In this document: in pieces, positions 43,401 to 53,513 of the stretch
Position numbering within the stretch: the first letter of the stretch is position 1
How the letters are laid out: every line of letters starts with the position of its first letter
DNA from: Nitrospirota bacterium
GTDB lineage: Bacteria > Nitrospirota > JACRHJ01
Length of the DNA: 64,000 nt
Direction: 5' to 3'
Assembly: GCA_963845245.1 (NCBI GenBank)
Contig: CAWJRJ010000021.1
Location: 32,001-96,000 of the forward strand
Made by a program: the position numbers and the translations under genes
The notes under the pieces: model-generated
Seen by the model: only the letters and a program-made list of their open reading frames with translations
The model's database searches: none
Told to the model about the DNA's origin: nothing

Positions 43401-46400
43401 CCACAGCGGCCAGACGGGTGTAACAGCGAACCTCAATACCGACACCTCGAACGCCACTACCTACAAGTTCGGCTGCGGTAAATGCCATACCCTGGCCGCT
43501 ACTTCTCATAACAGCGGCAACGTCTCGTTGTACCAGACCGCGGAGGTAAAGTTCGACGCGACGGTCAACCCGGTGAACTCGTTGGGCAAATACACCACGC
43601 TCGGCGCGTTATGGGCTACCGATGCCCAGGGCAAGACGTACACTGCCGGTACCTGCAAGAACCTCTACTGCCACAGCAACGGCCAGACAGGCACTTATGC
43701 GAAGTACAGTTCCGTCAGGTGGAATACGACGGCTGTCTACTGCACAAGCTGCCACGGCGACGCGACGGCAGGGACTCTTTCAACGCCGCACAACAAGCAC
43801 GTGAACACACTTGCGGCAGGCAGCTATAACTTCGGTTGCGTGCAGTGCCACAACAGGACTGTTGCCAGCAACTCCGCGATCAGCAACAAGGCGAACCACG
43901 TCAACGGTGTCAAGGACGTGTTCTTCAAGAAGTTCTCATCGGTGGCGTTCGGCAACAAGACCGGTTCGTACAATACGGTAAACTGCTCGAACACCTACTG
44001 CCACAGCGACGGGAACGGCACGTCAAAGACGCCGACGTGGGCGAGCGGGACTATAAACTGCGCGAGCTGCCACAACTACACGGTTGCGTCCGGCTCGGAA
44101 ATCACGACGGGCAAACACACGCAGCATATCCACAACGGCAACCTTGGCACCTACAGGTGTGTAGACTGCCACAGCGACACGGTTATGGCGAACAACTCCA
44201 CCATAATCTACACGAACGGCACGCACGTGAACGGCGTCAAGAACCTCAACTTCCTTGACAAGTCGTTGAACAACTTCACGGGCGCGTATGTTACGGCAAC
44301 CAAGACCTGCCGCAACAACTACTGCCATAGCTCCGGCCAGGCCAAGAGCGGCACCGGCTCGTTCGCCAACCTCTCCACGCCGGTATTCAGGACCACCGCC
44401 GTATGGACCGGTGGTGCGCTTGACTGCAAGGGTTGTCACGGCGCGGACACCGGCTTCACCAGCCAGTTCGGCGAACCGAACTACACCAACAGGTCCACGG
44501 CAAGCAGGGCATGGTACAACGGCCACGCGAAGCACGTGAAGAGCGTGACCGATTGCAATAAGTGTCATAACCTGACGACCGCCGACGGTGTTAGCATACT
44601 GGCCGGAGGCATGCACATCAACGGCAGCAGGGACGTCAACTTCAACCTGACACTGTTACCGGGCGCTTCATACAACAGCACGAGGAAGATGTGCACCGTG
44701 CCTACCTGCCACACAGGCACGGTAAGGTGGGGCGGCACGGTCCCGAACAGCTGCCAGAGCTGCCATGCGGACATGGGCGCTGGTAAATACACGAACCACA
44801 GCACGACCGGCAAGCACGCAAAGCATACGAATTCGACAACATACAAGTTCGCATGCGAGAACTGCCACAAGACGATGGACACCTCCGGCAACACGACTCA
44901 TGCTGGTGGTAACGTATCAACATATCAGACGGCGCAGGTGGCCTTCAGGACCAACTCCACCACCTGGGATTACGTGACCTACGACGGGGCCGGTACGCAG
45001 TTCAAGTATATAAGGATCGACTCGATGTACGGCACGACCGTGACACCGATATACAAGGCGGTCTCTACGACCAGCCCGCTCTCCGACAGCGTGGTGGCCA
45101 GCCGCAAGTTTACGCAGGGCAGGTGCTCGAACGTGTGGTGCCACTCTGACGGCCACAAGTTCGGCAACACGAGTACCGTATTCGTGAAGTATGCGAACTG
45201 GTCTACTGCGGAGACGACAAACTGCCGCAGCTGCCACGCTGGCGATAAGTCTGCTGCGCCGACGATGTCATCGGGCAAGCATACGAACCACATTAATAAC
45301 GGCAACCTCGGCAATTTCACCTGCTCGCGGTGCCACACGGACACGGTAAGGGGCAACTCGACCGTATACAACTATGACTACCACGTGAACGGAGTGAAGA
45401 ACATAAACTTCACCTCTATAGTGCAGGCAAACTATACCGGAGCCTACGTATCGGCTACCAGCACCTGCCGCAACGTGTACTGCCATAGCTCGGGTACGAA
45501 GTACACCAGCATGACAAACGCCACTTCCTCGCCTACGTTCAGGACCCCGACGTGGAGCGACACGGCCTGGGCCAGTAAGTGCAAGGGCTGCCACGGCGCG
45601 GACAGCGGCTTCACCAGCAAGTTCGGCGAGCCTAACTATGCGAACAGGTCAACGGCGAGCAGGGCCTGGTTTAACGGTCATTACGTGTCCAGCCACGTCA
45701 GTGTAGCAGCCGACTGCTTCAAGTGCCACGCTGCCACGGTTTTGAGTAACGGCACTTCCATCAACACATCGGGCAAGCACCTTAACGGGTTCAGGAACGT
45801 CTCGTTCACGGCAGGCGGCACTTATGACGCCACGAACAAACGTTGCAGCAACACCGCGACGGGTTGCCACGGCACGACCACGATGCGTTGGGGCGGTACT
45901 GGCACCTGCCAGACATGCCATGCGACCACCGGGACCGAGGTAAACGACTACGTATATGGCAACGGCACACAGGCCACCATAAGCATGACCCAGTACACCT
46001 CGATAGGCCACGGCAGGAAGATAGGCAGGTATGCCTACAGCAACCAGTCCGGCGCATCGAGCGCGAACCACAGCGCGGCGAGGAAGGTATCTGACTGCTC
46101 GACCTGCCATGACTCGACAGTGCTGCACAATATGACTTCCGGTGCGACGCCGAACTTCTTCAGGCTCAAGGGCGGCGGCGACCCGAACGCGCTATGCTCA
46201 TCCTGCCACTCGACGACTACTGAGGCGCACCACAACCAGGCCAACACCGGCGGCAACGCCAACTGGGCCATACTGACGCCGAAATGCGTGGACTGCCATG
46301 ACCCGCACGGAGACACAGGCGCAAACGGCAGGAGCAATGCGTACATGATCGGAGGTATGATAAACTACACCTCCAACAGCAAGTACGACGGCAGGCCTGC

Positions 46401-49243
46401 CGGTACCAACGGCAGCCTCATGAGGGCAGTGAACTTCCCTGCCAACGTGAGCCAGCCCACGGTGCTTAACTACACCAGCTTCGTGAGGCCCACTTACGAC
46501 GGCCTGTGCCAGATATGCCATATAAGGGGCGTCGATTCGGCTGCTCCCGGCGGCACTACATCACCGATACACTTCAACAGGGCGCTTTATACGACCCATA
46601 ACAACCCGACAGTCTGCACAAGCTGCCATAGCCACTCCACCGGCTTCCAGGGCGCAGGCGGCGACTGCAAGGGCTGCCACGGCACCGGCGGGTCCGCTAC
46701 ATTAGCTGGTAGACGCGACATGCAGCTAGAGTTCAACAACTCGTCCTCGCATCATATTGTAGGCAACTGGACGAACATCACGAAGTATGAATGTGCGGCA
46801 TGCCACGCAGAGGGCAACTATGCCGACGGCTCCCTCTCCGCACTACATACGGGTACACATGCAAAGCCTGTTTACCTGAAGAAGTGGAATGCGGCTATCA
46901 CTACGGGCAGCAACGGTACCTTTACCGTGATAAGCACAAACAGCCTCGCTACCAACAGCAGCGTGCTTACGCCGTTCTGCCTCGGCTGCCACAGCGACCA
47001 GAACAACGCCGCCACGCCGTTTGTGGCCTCAGGCGACACCAGGAACCCGACCAGCTACTCATGGGACAACAACTCTGTCGGGAGCAAGTACAGCAACGTA
47101 TCGACTACGCCGTGGGGCAAGTTCAACTCCTCGACGTACAACGTCGTCCCGGCCGACCAGGTCACCAAGGCATTCAGCCCGCACGGCCAGACCGGCAAGA
47201 ACGACATGCCAAAGAGCCTTAACTCGTTTGCCATCTACTCGGGCACCAAGGCCGTCCAGTGCTACGACTGCCATAACGCCCATGCCTCTAACGTCACCGG
47301 TGGCACTTCCTACACCAGCGGCAACAACGAGGGTGGCATAATCAAGACGACCTCCACCTATGTCCCGAGGGCGGGCGGCTCTACGGCTACGAAGAACGCG
47401 TACAGCTCAAGCGCCGACCTCTGCTTTGACTGCCACCTGGGCGAGAACGGCTCCGGCGCACCGAAGACCTACAGGGACTACGGTATACCGAGCGGCAAGG
47501 CGATTGTCGGCTACTACGACCGCGTGGGCATGAACTTCAGCAACTACAGCTCATCGAGGTGGTCAACAAGCGACGTGTGGCGCGGCAGCTTTGCCTACAA
47601 AGACGGCACGTTCAAGGGCGGCCACTTCGGCAACTCGCAGGGCTACCTACAGGAGGGCCTGGGCACCATGGGTACAAAGGTCAACGGCAACTGCACCGCC
47701 TGCCACGACCCGCACGGCGTTTCGCCTGCCATCAAGAGGGGCTTCACGAAGCTGACGCGTACAGTCTACGCGGCCGCCAGCACCGAAACCGACCCGGTCC
47801 TTTCGGGCAGCTATACCGGAACGGCGAACGCCTCGAACGTAAACGTCATACAGATTGTGGCCGGCGGCGCATTAGGCACGGCTACCTACAGGGCATCCAC
47901 CAACGCCGGCAAGACCTGGGGAAGCACTACCAGCACCAGCACCGCCTGGGCGGCTAACGGTATTACCGCTACATTCCAGGCCGGTAACTACAGCGTTGAC
48001 GATACATGGACCTTCCTGTCAGGCGCAAACCCGAACTTCATGGCCCCGGCACTGAAGGGTACATGGATGCACTCCCCGTACAAGGAGGACCGTACGCCGA
48101 GGAACACGTATACTACGGACAAGGGCAACGGCGAGGCCACTGCAAGGCTTGCAGGCATCTTTAAGGCCGACGACTACACCACCTATGCGGACCAGACGGG
48201 CTGGACTACCGCCAAGAGGTACTGGGATGACACTCACCGGCGGCACCAGCGCCGCAGGCACCAACAGGAAGGTCGGCGGCCCGGCCCCGAGGGCGAACCC
48301 GGACTTCAAGACCGGCTCTTACGTGCCGGGCTACAACACCCCTGCGATACAGGGCGACGGCTTCGGCCGCGGCCCGGTACGCAGCTACGGTGCCGGCTTC
48401 ACGAACGTGACCAGCATGAGGGGCTGGAACGGCTACTTCATAGACGAGAACACATTCGGGCAGACTACTGCCAAGCAATACGGGTATGTCAATCCGTATA
48501 GCAATATGAGTACGGCCAACCCGGCTGCATGGAACCCCGGCAACTTCGCCGGCCTGTGCCTGAAATGCCATGCATGGCAGAAGAACACGGCGAGTTCCAT
48601 ATCGCTTTCGAACGTGACCTCGGCGAACCTTGCCACTGGCACGCAGAGGGTGACGACCAAGGTCCACGAGACGGTCGCGAACCTGGGCACCATAACGGTC
48701 AACCTCTTCCAGCGTAACGAGGGCACCGGCTCATACACATCAATAGCCTGCCGACTGGTGGGTATGCATATGAGCCAGTACAACGGCAACGACGGCTCCG
48801 CCAGCGAGACCGGCGGACCAACCGGTGCGGCCGCAGCTAAGCTACACTGCTGTCTATGGTATCCTGGATACGACGGGCCAATCCGGAACCAGCGACCAGC
48901 GCAGCCATTACTACCGCTGGGGCGTGAGCGGCAGCGCGCAGAAGACCGCTGGCACAGATACAGGCCAAGTACCACCAGTTCCCGTGCAGCAAGTGCCATA
49001 CGCCGCATGCCTCCAGGCTGCCGAGGCTGATGAAGACGAACTGCCTCGACAACGACAACGTCGGCACGGCGCACACCACGATGGGCTATGTCGGCAACAC
49101 CGCCACCATGAGCGGCACCGCTGCTACGAACCTCTGGGGCGCGCTTGCCAGGAACGTGGCCTGCCACAGCACCAAGATAGGCTACGCTCGGCAGCTGCGC
49201 TACGTACACCCCCGGCGGCTGGAACAACAAGACGCCCTGGTAA
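37459..49243 (+). CDS. Giant multiheme cytochrome c (~3,900 aa; FN3/Ig-like N-terminus; about 59 CxnCH motifs); frameshifts after about 48230
   Basis: One open frame of 3,680 codons holds 57 motifs (41 CxxCH, 16 CX3-6CH by hand count). Later frames add CLKCH and HQFPCSKCHTPHASRLPRLMKTNCLD and end WNNKTPW-TAA at 49243. Confidence 0.9.
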
Positions 49244-49316
49244 AGACTAAAGCAGGGGCCCCACGTACGGGGCCCCGAAATATAAACAAAAAGTAAACAG
49301 GAAAGGAGGAAAACCA

Positions 49317-49376
49317 ATGAAGATAAAGTACACAGCTCCGAAAGTGGTAGCCAGCTCAAGCGTCCATCCCTGCTAA
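49317..49376 (+). CDS. 19-aa micropeptide MKIKYTAPKVVASSSVHPC (putative RiPP/cofactor precursor)
   Basis: Strong RBS (AAAGGAGG, 7 nt spacer), ATG...TAA, located between the giant cytochrome and a strong terminator. It is below the ORF-track size cutoff. Confidence 0.7.
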   Translation: MKIKYTAPKVVASSSVHPC

Positions 49377-49399
49377 AAACAGACTGAAGTTGATATAAT

Positions 49400-49442
49400 C
49401 AAGGGCTGATGGTAAAATATAACCATCAGCCCTTGTCTTTTA
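49400..49442 (+). terminator. Rho-independent terminator closing the cytochrome/peptide cluster
   Basis: caagggctgatggt-aaaatata-accatcagcccttg followed by tctttt. Confidence 0.8.
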
Positions 49443-49474
49443 TACAGGGATAGACCCTCTAAAGGAGATGTCAG

Positions 49475-50426
49475 ATGAAAAAAATCCTTGTGACTATAAG
49501 TATTGTTCTTGCCTGCTTGTCCGTTATGCCAGCTTATGCCAGGGCAGACAAGATTTATGTTGCAATGACTGATGGCAGCAGCGTCGAGGTGGTGGACCCT
49601 GCCCTGCTTGACTCGTGGGGTGATATACAAACAGGCAAGAATCCCATGATGCTCGCAGCCTCAAAGGACGGCAGCTACGTATTTGTTTCGATTTATGGTG
49701 AAGGCAAGGTGCAGGTAATAGATACCAAGACTGATAAGGTTGTCAATGATATCAATCTGGGTCAGGGGCCACACGCGATGGATATCTCACCGGACGGCGG
49801 CTTGCTCGCGGCCGGAATACTGGACGAACCGAAAGTCTACATTATCGACGCCAAGGAGTTCAAGGTGATAAAAGCGATAACGACCCTTGGGGGCGTCTCC
49901 GAGGTGAAGTTTTCGCCGGACGGAAAAAAACTCTATGTCGTGCAACGGGAAAAACCCATGCAGGTAATTGATATGGCTAATATGGAGCCTGTTGCGGAAA
50001 TGAATATTCCAACTGAGACATATGACATCGCATTTTCAAAATCAGGCGATAAATTATATGTGAACAGCACCGATGACGGCAACATGTCGATTATCGACAT
50101 TAAGACATCGGCCGTTTTGAAGAAAATACCGGCCGGCAAGACGGGGCTTGCAGTGTCTCCCGACGGTAATGAGATATGGTTTGGGGGGCCGGGGGACAAG
50201 ATAACGGTTTACTCCCTTACCAAGAACGCGGTGATAGCGACTCTACCGCAGGATTGCGACAGGAACTTCACGTTGCTGTTCAGCCCGGACGGGAAGACCG
50301 TTCTGGCTACTCCCGCCGGGAAAGATAACCTCAAATTATATGTTTACGATGCAATCAAAAAAACAAGGAAAGGGGTAGGTCGCACTCAAAGGCAACCCCC
50401 GCGGATTGGCATACATTACAAAATAA
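49475..50426 (+). CDS. Secreted YVTN/YncE-type beta-propeller protein (probable indel near the 3' end)
   Basis: Signal peptide and repeats such as GKNP..LAASKDGSYVFV and GPH..DISPDG. The alternative frame gives a typical GNPRGLAY end. Confidence 0.85.
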
Positions 50427-50440
50427 TTGGATTATACGGG

Positions 50441-51490
50441 CTAACGGTTTATCGCTCCTTTATATCCCGCTTTTAAAGCCGCCGCCGCATCAAGTTCCTT
50501 GGATGCGGCTTCTTTTTGACCAACCTTCAAATACGCATAGGCAAGGTCGTAGTGGGTAGCCGCGTCCTTCGGGTATTCCTTCAAAAGTGTCAGATAGAGC
50601 GGTATGGCCTCCTTGAACGAACGCTGTTCCATCTTCCATGCGTCCGCGCGGTCAAGCCAGAGCTTCGGAGGCGCGCCGTTCAGCATCTTGGGGTTGGCGA
50701 AGAGTTCCGCGAAATAATCTGCAAGAAACCTGAACTTGTAAGGCACCAGCCCGTTTTTGTTGGATGCGCTGATCGATACCATGTCAGAGCTTAGACCCGA
50801 CTCCTGTAGTGTCTTGAAGAAACCTGACACGAGCGAGAGAATTCGGGTCTTTTTCTCATCCAGGTAGATATCAGAGAAAAAGGATAAATCTATATCCAGG
50901 AGTACCGGCTTGTCGATTTTCGGCAGGTCTTGGAGAGACACGATGAAAACAGGGATGCCGCTAATCGTCCCAGAGGCGACCTTGCCGTTCAGGACCAGTT
51001 TGTCGAACTCTTGTGACTGGGAGGGGTATGTCTTTTTTAGGTGCTCCTTAAAACCGTCCAGGCTTTCCTTGGTGAGACTTGTAAGGCTCGGTATGACCCA
51101 ATAAACATCCTTTACAAGGCCGAGCCTGGTCGCCGCAAATACTGTATTTTCTGCGGAGTAGGCCGGTTTCCCGTCTGACACATTACCCATGGACAGAAGC
51201 TTGTCCGAATCTCCCTTGCCAGCCGTATCTTTTAGTGACTTCAGAATGTTTTCGTCCAATGGCGCGAGTCCATCCATGTATGATATGTGGACAAGAGTGC
51301 GGTCTTTGGCGCCGTTTTGTGTCCAGTAAGGTATGTTGAAGTTCTCCTGTTCGAGAAGCTGCACCTTGATGGGGTCAACCGCCACATTTAATACCGGCAG
51401 TTGAGGCGCTTTTGGTTTTTCCTTCTCCTTTGCGCACGAGGATGAAAACAGGAGGATGAAAGCGGCAAACATCAGAAGGGACTTTTTCAT
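50441..51490 (-). CDS. Lipoprotein with arginase-like core and C-terminal TPR
   Basis: Lipobox-like SSSC, VLLDIDLSFF, and a TPR at the C-terminus. Confidence 0.65.
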   Translation of the reverse strand: MKKSLLMFAAFILLFSSSCAKEKEKPKAPQLPVLNVAVDPIKVQLLEQENFNIPYWTQNGAKDRTLVHISYMDGLAPLDENILKSLKDTAGKGDSDKLLSMGNVSDGKPAYSAENTVFAATRLGLVKDVYWVIPSLTSLTKESLDGFKEHLKKTYPSQSQEFDKLVLNGKVASGTISGIPVFIVSLQDLPKIDKPVLLDIDLSFFSDIYLDEKKTRILSLVSGFFKTLQESGLSSDMVSISASNKNGLVPYKFRFLADYFAELFANPKMLNGAPPKLWLDRADAWKMEQRSFKEAIPLYLTLLKEYPKDAATHYDLAYAYLKVGQKEAASKELDAAAALKAGYKGAINR

Positions 51491-51506
51491 GGGGCTCCTT
51501 AAACGG

Positions 51507-52724
51507 TTATGGCAGTATCTTCTCTACTTTGCATTCAAGCTCGCCGGCCTTCAGCCTGAGCTGTAACATATCACCGGGCGCGACCTGACCGGCGTCGGTA
51601 ACGACCTCAAGCCCGGGCAGCCTTCGTGCTATGGCGTAGCCGCGCGTGAGGGGGGCAAGCGGCTCAAGGGCTGATAGCCCGGCCACGCAGCGCTCAAACC
51701 GCTGCTTTGCGCCTTGCAGCTTGTATGTCATGGCCATCCTGAGCCTGCCGGACTTGTCGTCCAGTCGCAGGAGGTGCTCGTGTATGGCCCTGCCGCGGGT
51801 CGACAAACACGCGCATCTCGGCATCGAGCCTGTTCCTCGTGCGCCTGAGCAGCTGAGATGTGTAATAGCTGAGCCTGCTCCGGAGGTCTTGCACCTTCTC
51901 CCGGACCTCCTCTTCGCTCTTGGCGACAATCTCGGCAGCAGCGGAAGGGGTGGGGGCGCGCATGTCCGCAACGAAGTCTGCGATGGTGAAGTCAACCTCG
52001 TGTCCTACGGCGGAGATAATCGGTATGGCAGAGGCATGTATCGCACGCGCGACCGTCTCGGAATTGAAGGCCGCCAGGTCTTCCATGGAGCCGCCGCCGC
52101 GCCCGGCAGATTATGACGTCGAGCCCGCCCGCCTCGTTGAGGTCTGCAATGGCCCTGGCAATCTCATGAGGGGCTGCATCGCCCTGCACGGATGCGGGCG
52201 CGATTATTATATGCACGCCCGGCGCGCGTCTCTTTAATACCTTTAAAATATCCCTTATTGCCGCCCCGGTGGGGGATGTGACCACGCCGACCGTCTTGGG
52301 GTACTCGGGCAGCGCCCTCTTCCTCTCGGGGGCGAACAGGCCCTCCTTCTCAAGCTTTTCCCTGAGCTGGAGGAATGCGAGCTGGAGCGCGCCGAGGCCC
52401 TTTGGGCTCCATGTACTCCGCGATTATCTGGTACTCGCCGCGCGGCTCGTAGAGCGATATCCTGCCGCGCAGGATCACCTCCAGACCGTCCTCCGGCTTG
52501 AACTTGAGGAAGCGGCTGCCGGAACGGAAGAATACCGCCTTGATCTGCGCGTCTTTGTCTTTTAGTGAGAAGTAGAGGTGGCCGGAGGAGGGGATGCGAA
52601 GGCCGGTGATCTCGCCCTGCACCCATACGTCGGCAAAGCCCGCTTCGAGCGTTTCCTTTATCCTGCGGGTAAGCTCGGAGACGGTTATCGGGGTGTTTAA
52701 ATTGAAGCCGAGTTGCATAGGCAT
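51507..52724 (-). CDS. xseA: Exodeoxyribonuclease VII large subunit (several indels)
   Basis: [63 protein letters not shown] across frames. Confidence 0.9.
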
Positions 52725-52730
52725 AGGAGT

Positions 52731-53513
52731 TTACTCCGTCATGCTTATACGTTCTATCGCTGTTGCCTTCCCGGTGTTCTGGTCGACCGTGATGGCGACG
52801 CCCTGGAGCGTGCCCGGCCCTTTTGCAGTGTCGAACCTTGTCGGCATCTGGGTGAGGAACCGGCTGATCGCAAGCTCGGCCGTCACGCCTATCACGGAGT
52901 CCTCGGGGCCTGTCAGGCCCGCGTCGGTGATGTATGCCGTGCCCTCAGGCAGGATCTTCTCGTCCGCCGTCTGGACGTGGGTGTGCGTGCCTACAACGGC
53001 CGTTACCTTGCCGTCCAGATACCTAGCAAGGGCTATTTTCTCGGATGTGGCCTCGGCATGGAAGTCCACAAGGATGACCTTCGCGCCTTCCTTCTTTAGC
53101 CTTGCTATCTCTTCGTCGGCCTTGCGGAACGGGCAGTCGATGATGGACATGAAGACGCGGCCCATCAGGTTTATTACCCCGACGCTTGTGCCGTTGGATG
53201 CGCGTACGATTGCGCTCCCGTAGCCCGGCACGCCTGGCGGGAAGTTAGCGGGCCGCAGCAGCCGCTTCTCCCGGTCGATGTATGTAAGTATGTCCTTCTT
53301 GTCCCAGATGTGGTTGCCGGACGTGATGATGTCTATCCCCATGTCGAACAGGTCGTCCGTGATCCTGGGGGTAAGGCCGAAGCCGCCCGCGGCGTTCTCG
53401 CCGTTTGCAACCACGAGGGCAGGGGAGTACTTATCCCGAAGCCTCGGAAGGCAGCTCATCACCGCCTTCCGGCCCGGGTCTCCCATTATATCGCTGATGA
53501 AGAGGATCTTCAT
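52731..53513 (-). CDS. ymdB: YmdB-like 2',3'-cyclic-nucleotide phosphodiesterase
   Basis: NGENAAGGFG, SGNHIWD, DFHAEATSEK and GTHTHVQTAD; directly follows rny. Confidence 0.92.
   Translation of the reverse strand: MKILFISDIMGDPGRKAVMSCLPRLRDKYSPALVVANGENAAGGFGLTPRITDDLFDMGIDIITSGNHIWDKKDILTYIDREKRLLRPANFPPGVPGYGSAIVRASNGTSVGVINLMGRVFMSIIDCPFRKADEEIARLKKEGAKVILVDFHAEATSEKIALARYLDGKVTAVVGTHTHVQTADEKILPEGTAYITDAGLTGPEDSVIGVTAELAISRFLTQMPTRFDTAKGPGTLQGVAITVDQNTGKATAIERISMTE

Noticed and set aside
49317..49376. Lasso peptide precursor
   Set aside because: Despite the YxxPxV leader there is no Thr(-2)/acidic ring residue, the core is too short, and no cyclase or peptidase is nearby.
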